Source of the DNA: Callorhinchus milii
Lineage: Eukaryota
Direction of reading: 5' to 3'
Length of the DNA: 60,000 nucleotides
NCBI RefSeq assembly: GCF_018977255.1
Contig: NW_024704742.1
Location: forward strand, 25,360,001-25,420,000
The notes under the pieces were generated by a model that was given only the letters and a program-made list of their open reading frames with translations, was not told the DNA's origin and made no database searches. The translations under genes were made by a program, and so were the position numbers. Below are positions 49,785 through 60,000 of the stretch, in pieces (the first letter of the stretch is position 1; the number at the start of each line of letters is the position of its first letter).

Positions 49785-50403
49785 CCATAAACTCGGCAAA
49801 GGAGGCCCTATGGCACTCCCGAAACCAGGTGTTCTTCTGGCAGAACGAGGGGACAGTGAGAGCCTGCCTCAGGCTTGCGCACGCTAGGATCAGTGACTAT
49901 ATACTGAGGGACAAGCTGAAGTTCGGCTCAACAACGGCAAAGGCCAGATGGGGCTTGACCCCGGTAGGAGCTGCTCCAGCACAACCCGCTCAGGGGGCAC
50001 CCACCGAGTAGCCCACAAGCTCACCCAAAACTGATTGAAGTAACGGTGCAGAACGACACTCGAGATGTAACCAAAGAGCGTCCCGAAAATGTAAGTACAG
50101 TAAACATGTGCACGTACTGTGCACATCGGGTGCCTTCCGAAAGCGACAAGTGCACCTTATAGGGGTGTGTGTGGGCACAAACATGGATGTGGTGTACACA
50201 GGGACGACACCCAACTGTGTTAAAGGGAGTGTCCCGAAAAATGTGTGTGCAACCTATGTGCGGTGAAGGAATACACCGTGAACAACGGAATGTGTTTTGT
50301 ATTGGGAGAAAGGAGAAAAATCGAAACAGAAGATGTGTTTCATTTGGGATTTCAGTTGTACTATATATTGTATTGATAAATAAAAATAAATTTTCAAAAA
50401 AAA
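49785..50403 (+). mobile_element. 5'-truncated Tx1-clade (L1-like) retrotransposon with poly(A) and 13-bp target-site duplication
   Basis: Encodes TINSAKEALWHSRNQVFF...CLRLAHARISDYILRDKLKFG...KARWG, which resembles the Tx1 ORF2 C-terminus. The 3' UTR ends aataaaaataaattttcaaaaaaaa. TSD gctccagacttga at 49772-49784 and 50404-50416. Confidence 0.85.
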
Positions 50404-51340
50404 GCTCCAGACTTGAATATAAAGGAAATAAACTTCTTCTAGTAGCACTGAACTCTTCCCAACCCACTCATACGATGAGGGAAAAACCGAACCATGGTTA
50501 AAGACTGCTATAAAATCAGTTCCCTTCAACTTCTCCGATTTCTAAGGGTAATCATGGGAAATTTCAGATCGTTTGAACTGCACAACTCAAATTTACTTTT
50601 CTGCCAATTGCATTCCACTAAAACCCATTGGCCAAGGATGTTCTAATCATGATTATAACCCAAAATGCTTTATCCCACATGTTTGAACTGAAGGGGCAGC
50701 GTCAACAAACCGATGCATCTGGTTACAGGAGATTATTGTGTAGACATTTGCTGGTGAAGTGAAATGAAGAGCTTGGGTGTTTTTTCTCCTTTCTCAGACG
50801 CTGAAGGAATGAACCAAGAAATGAAAGAACGCGATTGCCCCCTAGTGCAATGTCCAAACACTGCACTGAGCGATTGGGATATACAGTAGCTACATTTTTT
50901 GATAGCTACCAAACTTCCAATACCTCGAGAAATATGATAGTATTGTGCAATTCCTCCCCGTGTATCACTGCGGGTAAAAGGACTTTCTGCCATTGATCAG
51001 CTACCCTGCATGTGGGGCTCAGCCACTGGTTTATAAATGCAAGTTGCTGTTGTTGCTTGCTTCATCGCTGTTTGTAGATTACTCGAACTTTTCATTTTCT
51101 TGTGTTGTTCACAGTATTTTCTTGCAGTTATTCATCAAATTTGAACATTGCTTTTTTTCCTGGATGATTTGTTTTTTAGTTACTAATTTGGGATTTTTCA
51201 TTTTTTTCGGGATTTTTTCTGTTTTCTTTGTTTTAATAAACTGTATTTATAATAATATTGACGCATCGCAAAGTCCCTTGCAGTGATTTGCTATCAAATG
51301 TAGTGACTGTACTTTTAGGCCAACTCAGCAGACAACTTGT

Positions 51341-51667
51341 GGAGTCCTGTAGCTCAGTGGTTAGAGCACTCGCTTTGCAAGTGAGAGACCTGAGTTCAAC
51401 TCCAGGCAGGGCGAAACCTTGGGCAAGTTTCCTTACTCCACACGCCTAATAATAATCCCTCCAAAAAACAAAAACAATAATAAATTGGTCATTTTCAATC
51501 TACGACTGTTTGTGGACATTGCTGTGCGCAATTGGCTGCCGCGTTCGCCCACAAATATACAGTCAATTCACTTTACAGTCTATTCTGTGAAGCGCTTTGG
51601 GACGTCCTCCCGACGTGAAAAGCGCTATATCAAATGCAAGGATTATTATTATTATTATTATTATTAT
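51341..51667 (+). mobile_element. Young tRNA-derived SINE with TSD, nested in an older minus-strand SINE
   Basis: Intact head and (tta)n tail; 7-bp TSD aacttgt (51334-51340 and 51668-51674); the flanks rejoin into a minus-strand SINE body. Confidence 0.93.
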
Positions 51668-52410
51668 AACTTGTAAACAAGGTCACACAAACCACCATGA
51701 AGTGAATGGCCAATTTATCTAGAATCGTCTTCTCTTTTTGAGGAGTGTCATGGGATCTTTGCCATTAAATGAAGTAAATCAATATGAAATTCCTGATTTG
51801 AAAACATCAATGGATGAAATAAAATAATAATAATAATACAATACAAGATTACATTCGTATAGCGTCTTTCATTTCAGGAAAACATCCCAAGGCGCTGATA
51901 GACATGGGATTCCACACATCACAGAATACAATAAATACATTGTGCTGCCATAAGGATTTGCAGGTATTGTATTTAAGATTTAAATCAGGTTCTAACTTCC
52001 ATCACTCTAGATCCAATACAAAACAAACGTTTAAAAATGTTTAAAAAATAAATCGAATTGTACGTACAAAAAGGGTTATAACTATTTGAAGAAAAGTTGC
52101 AGATAAGTGTGGTTACTATAATTTATAGAATTATACAAATTTAGCAAGGAGGCATTATATTGTTTCTAGCAATTTTGTTGTGTATTGTCATCAGTTTCTG
52201 TTGCTTGTAAAACGTTATCAGAAAAAGCCCAAATGAAAAGAGTCTAACCCTTTATATTAAAATATGCAGTTTTCCTTTGCATAATACAAGATACAATATA
52301 ATTTAAGATTTGTAATTGTATCACAGTAAAACACTAAAAAGACAGATTATGTATAAAATCCAATATACTAACTTAGATGGCCTTAAAAATCAATCCACAT
52401 TAATTATTAA

Positions 52411-52581
52411 TTAACTTAAACAGAATATCTCAAAAAGTGCTGCAGATGAATGCATGCGGTAAAAAATAGCAAAGGGCATTGCAATGTTTACAACTAGAAT
52501 CCACATTTCAAAACCATAAACCTTTTCTTCCAAGCCACTGTCAAATTGGGGCCGAGCTCCAAAAGCTGCAAGTATCCAAAA
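52411..52581 (-). CDS. OTOP1: Otopetrin-1 proton channel, last exon (exon 6, 171 nt)
   Basis: Acceptor ttttcttttcttttaaag; FWILAAFGARPQFDSGLEEKVYGFEMWILVVNIAMPFAIFYRMHSSAALFEIFCLS* contains the otopetrin FYRMH motif. Confidence 0.95.
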   Translation of the reverse strand, partial: FWILAAFGARPQFDSGLEEKVYGFEMWILVVNIAMPFAIFYRMHSSAALFEIFCLS

Positions 52582-53943
52582 CTTTAAAAGAAAAGAAAAA
52601 CAAAATTTAGAACCTGTGTGTAGATCAACAATTGTCATTATCAAATAGTAACTCGCTGATGATAAAATCTTACGGACAACGTCACCTGCAAGAAATAAAA
52701 AGCATTATCTTTATGACAGTGGCAATTTTTTTAGCCTTTGAATATAATCAGTAGCTATGCTACTGTGTTTACATTTAACGAACAACAACCTAATTTATAT
52801 AGAGTCCCTCACGCAGAGTAGCATCCCAGAGTGCTTGACAGTGGCGGAGCATGGCACCGAGCTGGGAGGAGTGGCCCTAAATACAGTTGAATAGGAAGGT
52901 CTTCAGGCGCGACCGGAAAATGGGGAAGGATGGGGCAAGGCAGAGAGATTAAGGGAAAGACTTCCAGAGTTTCAGGGCATAGTGGCTGAAAGTTTGGCCA
53001 TTGATGGTGGAATGGAGGGCATGAGGGATGAGAATTAATACCATGGTTTAAGTACTGAAGCAGTTTTTGCCAATACAGGTAATTCCCTGTACTGTACAAT
53101 AATGCTATCAACATTTGTTCATGACATTGTAAAACTAGGTTGATAACCCCTGCCACCCCCTTGACTTTGGTGTATATTGTCATTCCTGGATGAACATCTT
53201 TCTGGATAATTGTATATTAAATCAACTGCAACTTTTATTATTTCCAAATAAGGCTTTATAAAAGTTTAAATAATTCTTAGTTCACATTTTAATCGTTTGT
53301 ATTATCTTTATAAAGATATTTGATGTGTTAATAGAAATAAATCCATGTATTTGATATAGTGACTTATCACATCTTTAAGATTCTCAAAATGCTTCACTGG
53401 ATTTACTGTAGTGTAGTGGCTGTGTAATTTGAAGGCAAAGCTGGCAGCCAATGTCTCATAAATCGCCATGAAGTGAGTGATCAATTTGATTTTGAGTGAT
53501 CAAACAGATTTAAGTGCTTTGAGACACTGCCTTGTTCGGAGGGCGCTATATAAGTGCAAACTGTTGTTGATTTGCAGGATTGTTGGCCGACAAACCAACT
53601 GGAGAAACTCTCTTCTCTGATCAAGTGGTGTCAATAGATCTTTAAGGTCCACCTGAACAGGCAGATGGGACGTTTAACAGCTCATCCCAAACACAGCACC
53701 TCTGACAATACAGTGATCCCTATCCAGCATCTTCAGAAATACTTTACCTGAGTACATACATGTTATGATCTCCATGTTGAGTATGCCATATTTTGAAGAC
53801 ACGTTTAAACATTCATCAAATTAGAAGTTACTGAGTAAAGAAAGGTTGGAGGGAAGGGGCAATAAGGGTGGTACTTATGAATGAAAACTGAAGAGATTTT
53901 TCACTTATTTTTAAAATGCAATGTTTTGCTAAATTTCTCTCAC

Positions 53944-54914
53944 CGAAATATTGCACAGGAATAAAAAGGCAGCAACATTCTTGGTGAACTGTCTTTCCTT
54001 GCTCAGTTTTTCCGACTTCCTTAAGCTTGAGTGAGGAGGAGGAGGAGAAGGAGGAGGAGAAGAAGAAGCAGAGTCTTGAGAAAGACTCAGGTCACTATTG
54101 TATCCCTCGCTGTTCTCAACCCAATCGCAGGAAGGTTTGGACAGAGAAACGCACTGAGGAGTTGAGCAGGACGACTGGTTATCCGAAGTCTCAAAGGCTT
54201 TGTTGAGGATCCCGCAGTATGAACATGTCAGAGGGAGATTATTGGAACTCGATACTGTGAATATCCCTTGAATCATCCCCACTTCCCCATCCGTTTCACC
54301 ATGTTTCCGATAAAGGGATTCAATTATAAACAGGTTCTGTAGGTATTTCTCAATGATGACCAGGACAGAGAATGACAAGTTCAGCCAAGTGTGAGGGGGC
54401 TGTGTTTCCCCACAAACAGCAGCCACGATGGAACACCAGGACATAAACCAAGACGCACATGCTGTGCTCACCAGCAGATTGCCATCCAACTTCCTGGTGG
54501 GGTTTTTGCAATAATCCAGGGATCTTTTGTCAACTCTATAAATGACCAGACCGGCTGCAGCTGCTGCAGACATTAAGCAAAGCACCGTGATACCGTATAG
54601 ATAAAACATAGCTACAGCTGACACTCGCTGCTCTGTTGAATGTCCCACCTGTGAGCTGTACACAATGAGAATCCCTATTGTGGCTGCCAGCACTGAAGTT
54701 CCCAGAACTGGACCTGCCATTACACTGTAGGTCCTAAAGGTAACCTTCAGAGCTCTGTGCTCTTCCAGGGTGCGCCCAACGTTCTTCCACATAACATAAA
54801 ACATGGCAGATGCAAAGACGTGGAACTCAATGTTGAAAGGGTACATATAATGGGAACTGTTGTAGAAAATAGCGCAGGCATTTGTATTGCAGCTGCAATT
54901 TGGTCCAGTGTCAT
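53944..54914 (-). CDS. OTOP1: Otopetrin-1, exon 5 (971 nt)
   Basis: Acceptor tttctttgtag and donor TCG/gtgaga. Encodes C.C.T..C....YMYPFNIEFHVFASAMFYVMWKNVGR...KNPTRKLD..LL...EKYLQNLFIIES...FLFLCNIS. Starts in phase 1 and ends in phase 0, consistent with its neighbours. Confidence 0.95.
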
Positions 54915-55037
54915 CTACAAAGAAATGGAATAAAGCATTAACACAGATTATTCTAAAACAAAACACATATCAAATTGCGTGGCTGGCTGGCACTTACATG
55001 ACCTCTTATTTTTTCTGTTCAAGGCTTAAACCCTTAC

Positions 55038-55168
55038 CCACTGTGATATTTGCGAAGCCCAATGCTGTAAGTCGCCTTTTGTGGTCTATCAGCTGATGCT
55101 TTGACTCTGAGACTACACCGTTCACCCACAACAGCAGGTTTGTGAAGACGGCATGAATCATTCCAAAC
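55038..55168 (-). CDS. OTOP1: Otopetrin-1, exon 4 (131 nt)
   Basis: Acceptor tttgtctttag and donor GTGG/gtaagg; (R)FGMIHAVFTNLLLWVNGVVSESKHQLIDHKRRLTALGFANITV. Confidence 0.93.
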
Positions 55169-55619
55169 CTAAAGACAAATATCTGTTTGTGATCCGTACT
55201 AAAAGCAGTACATAAAACCAGAGCTCAAAGCAAGATAATATAGTCAATTCACTTTACAGTATACTATAGGGACATAAGAACATAGGCCCAGGAGTAGGCT
55301 ATTCAGCCCCTTGAGCATGTTTCACCATGGCTCACCTGTATCTCAATTCCAAATACCCGCCTTTATTCTGTGAAGTGCTTTGTGACGTCTCAATTACGTG
55401 ATAAGACGTTATATCAAATGCAAGGATTGTTATTATTATCTGGGTTTCATTGATAATAATTGTATTCCCTGAACATCAATATCTGTTAAAGACAAGATCA
55501 GGTTCCTTTAATTATATTACCGGGGGGGGGGGGGGGGTGGGGTTTGTGGGGTAGGGTTACCACTTCAGTTGCAAGTCTGATTACAAATATCAAATTGATA
55601 TTGTAATTTGATCTGCTCT

Positions 55620-56296
55620 GCCTTCCCCCACCTCCGCAACATCCCCCGGCTCCGACACTGTGTCACACCATAGGCCGCCAAAACCCTCACACATGCCTTC
55701 ATTACATCGAGGCTCGACTATGCAAACTCACTGCTTGTCGGCCTTCCCAACTCCTCCCTCCACAGACTGCAGATCATCCAGAACTCCGCAGTCTGTGTCC
55801 TCTCCCGCACTAGGCTCCATGACCCTATCACCCCCATCCTCGCCCACTCCACTGGCTTCCCATCACACAGAGGATACAGTTCAAGATCCTGGTCCTCACT
55901 TTCAAAGCCCTCCACAGTCTTGCTCCCCCTACCTCTGTGACTTCCTAACTCCCTACCACCCTGTTCGCTCCCTCCGCTCAGCGGGCTCCAGCCTGCTTCA
56001 TGTCCCCCACGTTGTTTGCCCCACTATCGTCAGGCGGGCCTTCTGCCCTCTGCACCTACTCTCTGGAACTCTATCCCGCAGTCCCTCCGTCTCGCCCCCT
56101 CCCTCGCCACCTTCAAGGCCCACCTCAAGACCCTCCTCTTCGACCGTGCTTTCGATCTCCCTGCTTACGCCCCTGCCCTCCACCCTCCCCCATCCCGACC
56201 CTCAGCTTGTGTCCGTAACTCTGTCTGTCCAGCGCCTTGAGATGTCCTCCCGACGTGAAAGGCGCTATACAAATGTAATTTTGTTGTTGTTGTTGT
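55620..56296 (+). mobile_element. 5'-truncated L2 LINE in an OTOP1 intron
   Basis: [60 protein letters not shown]; tail gacgtgaaaggcgctatacaaatgtaattttgttgttgttg. Confidence 0.93.
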
Positions 56297-57039
56297 AAAT
56301 TGATCACTGAACCAATATTTTTAACTCAGCTATTTGACCAATACTTTCAGTGCACAGTAGTATTTTACACCCTTGGCGATTTAAAAATATGTACAATTTA
56401 CAAATATAAATAGTCACATTAGACACCAAATAACGAGGAAAAAATACTTTAAAAGATACATTATTACAAGTTACTTCTGAAATTGATTTTTATGTGCATG
56501 TCATGCATATGTATCATTTATATTATCATACGATTATTTGTATCATTCTAAAGTGCTCTTTAAATTCAGGTGCATTCACAATCTAACTGCAATAATTTGA
56601 GCATCCAGTAACGCTAGAGTAAAAATGAGCCTTTGTTACATTTTTTTTAGAGAGCGCTGTCTTTGAAAATATAACTGGAAGAAATATAACTGCCAAAAAA
56701 TGTGTATTTTAAATTACTTTTTAATTTAACAAATTCATACTGTTTTTAAGCCATTTTGCGAGTCTGTCTCCACTTGCTGCAGCCTTCATCAATTACCTTC
56801 TGTAACTCTCAATTGTGCTGGACTGATGATAAGGGAGTGACATTTATGGGAGACTGCTGTGCGCAATTGGCTGCCTCATTTCGCCCACAAAATATACAGT
56901 CATTTCACTTTGCAGTATATCCTGTGAAGCGCTTTGAGAGGTCTTGAAGGCGTGATAAGGCGCTATATTAAATGCAAGGATTATTATTATATGGGAAGGA
57001 AGAATGGCAATGAAAACCCTTGCATTTACATGGATTTAC

Positions 57040-57470
57040 AGGTGTCAGACTGGATCAATTGGTATCACTCTTGCTTTTGAATCTGAAAGTTGTGACTTGG
57101 AGCTCATTAGGGAGCGAGACACTGGGTGGAGGAGGGGTTGTATTATAGGAGGTGGTGTCCCTCAGATGAGACTATCTGCCAATTCAGGTGAACGTTAAAG
57201 ATCCTATGATACTATTTCAAAAAACATTTCTTCCAGTGTCCTGGACAACCAATCTACCAAATTATAAAATTGATCATTCACTTCCTAGTTGTGGGGCTTT
57301 GCTGCGAGCAAATTGGCTGCTCTATTGGCCTGCAAAGACAATCACTACACTACAAAAATTATTTACATTTATACAGTGCCTTTCGCATGGGGAGAATCTC
57401 TCAAAGCCCTTAAATCACAAGAAAAAAAACTATGTGAAGCGCTTTGAGATGTTTGTTTGTGATAAGAGCT
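57040..57470 (+). mobile_element. Deu-domain SINE, degenerate
   Basis: Head ggatcaattggtatcactcttgcttttgaatctgaaagttgtg; core gaggtggtgtccctcagatgagac..caggtgaacgttaaagatcctatgatactatttc. Confidence 0.65.
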
Positions 57471-58865
57471 ATGTGATGGATTTATTAAGACACAGTACTA
57501 ATAAAAAGAGAATTTCATTGTGACAACATCTGGGTTGAGGTGAAGCTGTAATTAAATAATTCTGTTGGGAGAATCACACCTATGTTCATGTTATACAACC
57601 ATGGTAGTATTAATTATTTAGAGTGCCATGTCCCTGTTTATATGTCAGGGCACAGGAATGTGGTAACTATTTCCACTGTTAGTCTGAATAAAGGACATTG
57701 GCACCTGTAGTGAATAACCCGAGTGGCCTTTTTTTTTGCATATCAAGTGGCATAAAACGGAAGTATCTATATCACAAAGAAAGGTATCGCCCAGTTGGCT
57801 CTATTGAGAAAAACGGAAAAAGTCTGGAGAAGCTGTCCCAGGGTTACCAATGGACAATGACAAGTCAGCGATTGTCTAACGTGTGCGCCAGCAACACAGT
57901 CAATTCTGCACTGGAATAGTTGCTTACAGGGGAATGAGTCACTGGGATAATTCTGCAAGTCCCGCTTCTTGGTTTAGATTGGAAAGATGCCTTAGAAATT
58001 GACACTCTCATCAGGATAGGTAGAAAAGTAGAACTGGTTAGGAAAAGAGAAAATAAAAAAAGGAGAAAATAGGGAAAGGGGAAGATAGGAAGAACAGATG
58101 GGCAAATGTAGTGTTTAAAATGTTTTCTTTATTTTGAATTGAATAGTGTAGATTTTTATATTTAATTTGAGTGAGTTTAGGCTATTACAGCAATAAAGCT
58201 GATGTTCACATACTTTATGGCTACTTTTTCACCAGCTGTCAAGTCTAACGTTAAAGTACATCTTGTGATTAATGGCTGTTAATAGCAGTCCTGCTAAGTT
58301 TGCTTTTGAAGAATAAGGAGTTTCTTCAGTTTGTTCTGACTAATATCCCTCCCTCAACTAAATTCATGTCAAAGCATTCAGAATAATTTGCTACTCTTCT
58401 CATTGTTGTTGGTGGGACCTTGTTACCTCAAAATATCTGCCCATTTTCCCACATAACAGTGCAAGTCATTTCTAAGTGCTCTCTCATTTTGTAAGGCGCT
58501 TCCAGGAGTTCATTTTGGTGAAAGATTCAAGTAATGGGAAGACGATAATGAACGGATTGCATTTTCGTTTCACTTGTGAGTCTCTAAAAGATCAATGCAG
58601 ACAACTGACTGGGGATTTAATCAGTTATGAGATCTTAATGTGTGTCTCACCTTTGAAACAGAGTTCCAGACATAATGTACATAGTGTGTGCAGACAGTTG
58701 CTCTGTCAGATCTCTGTAGCACTGGATTAATACATGGAATATAAAGGACTGTGATTTATTTAGGCCATATGGAGTGTTGAAATCTTTTAAACGTCTTGTG
58801 TCAGTAAACGCATAATCTAAAAGAAGTGTAACAAGTACAGAGAGTAGAATTTCACTTAACGTTAC

Positions 58866-58924
58866 CTTTCAAAGGCTTGGAAAGTTTGAATGACATCCTT
58901 TGCATGAAACCACAGGAAATACAC
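58866..58924 (-). CDS. OTOP1: Otopetrin-1, exon 3 (59 nt)
   Basis: Acceptor ttttatctgcag and donor AAG/gtaac; VYFLWFHAKDVIQTFQAFE(R). Confidence 0.93.
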
Positions 58925-59021
58925 CTGCAGATAAAATGTACACATATATATTTACAAAAGAGAAAAATACATTATTATTCCAAATAATAATGCAATAACA
59001 AGCTGAAAGCAGTAAGTGTAC

Positions 59022-59158
59022 CTGGGAGATGGTGTGCACTGCATGTACAACGGGAAAGACACCTTTAGCAGCAGTGAGACACCTCGAGTATCCAATGTAG
59101 TATCCAATTTTAAACACATCCAGCACTAAACTCAAGATGCCAAACAAGATTAACCCAC
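59022..59158 (-). CDS. OTOP1: Otopetrin-1, exon 2 (137 nt)
   Basis: Acceptor tttcattactag and donor CAG/gtacac; (G)GLILFGILSLVLDVFKIGYYIGYSRCLTAAKGVFPVVHAVHTISQ. Confidence 0.93.
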
Positions 59159-59975
59159 CTAGTAATGAAATGCACAAGATCATAACACAGGATTGAAGGA
59201 AACACAAACCCGCCTTAGAGAATGGTCTCACCATGTCATGCAAGTCACTAGTTTCAGGCTCAGAGCATTTCCCTAAATTCATACCTGACTTTCGATCAAC
59301 AGGTTTAGTTCCATGAACTCAGCAGGTGACTGGCACAGACCCGTTTAGCCCGTCGTCGCTTTAACCCCATCCTCTCAACCATCAGCACAACATCAAACAA
59401 ATCACTTAGATATATTTCAAGCGCCATCCTTGACAGTCACTGTGCTGCTGAGCTGACCTCGCTTCTCCAAACATCCCAAAATGTTCTTAGTTTATATCTA
59501 GAACAACGTCGGGTTGTCGTCGTTGCAAATTATTCCAAAGACTCATGATCCAAGTCTACAAACACACGTTAAAACAAAGTCCCAAAACAAAACTTGGGAC
59601 GTCCTCCTGACGTGAAAGGCGCTTTATAAATGGAATCTTGTTGTTGTTGTGTACATATGTAAATATACACACATGTACACAACGTGCACACACACACACA
59701 GTAATAGACCTGCGACCATAACACCTTCATAAAGCATAAGGTTTTGAGAATAATCCCAGCCTAATTTCACATTCCCACTATTGGGTCACCGCAAATTAGA
59801 CCGATGCTGTCAATAAAGCAGATGGCATGTGATTTTGTTTTGTTTTCCGCATGCAAAATGATCTACTCTACAATACTTCACAGAGCTGTGAACAACCACT
59901 TGCGCGCAGCTCAAGTCCCAGTGAAGTTCACCGCCGCCTGGACTTGCTTTGCCATGTACCGTGTTTATACTCTAC

Positions 59976-60000
59976 CTCTCAGCCACCTCGCCCCAGCGTG
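59976..60000 (-). CDS. OTOP1: Otopetrin-1, 3' end of exon 1 (continues beyond the window)
   Basis: HAGARWLR+G followed by donor gtagag; matches the otopetrin HAG..WLRG motif and joins exon 2 in phase 1. Confidence 0.85.

Overview
This is vertebrate genomic DNA, not prokaryotic. The repeat content (L2 LINEs, CR1, Tx1, a tRNA-derived SINE with an L2-type tail, Deu-domain SINEs and a Penelope-type fold-back element) points to a cartilaginous fish, probably a chimaera; the organism is my inference. The window holds the conserved SLC2A9-DRD5-OTOP1 block. It contains the last coding exon of the urate/hexose transporter SLC2A9 (+, 7111-7374) and an intronless D1-class dopamine receptor DRD5/D1B (-, 41439-42968, 509 aa). 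It also contains exons 2-6 and the end of exon 1 of the proton channel OTOP1 (-, 52411-60000), all with GT-AG junctions in consistent phase. About 34 kb between SLC2A9 and DRD5 is repeat-rich intergenic DNA. The most unusual observations are: (1) a 54-residue Gln/His repeat in the third intracellular loop of DRD5; (2) G-rich minisatellites of the same strand polarity on both sides of DRD5; (3) a recurring set of short local templated copies and inverted repeats, including a 124-bp inverted copy spanning a Tx1 insertion junction, a 127-bp direct copy inside a 29-bp duplication and a perfect 37-bp inverted pair; (4) a pre-miRNA-like hairpin; (5) two phase-compatible candidate orphan exons; (6) a four-copy repeat I cannot classify. 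I found nothing that demonstrably constitutes a new multi-gene system. Repeat boundaries are approximate and were read by eye.
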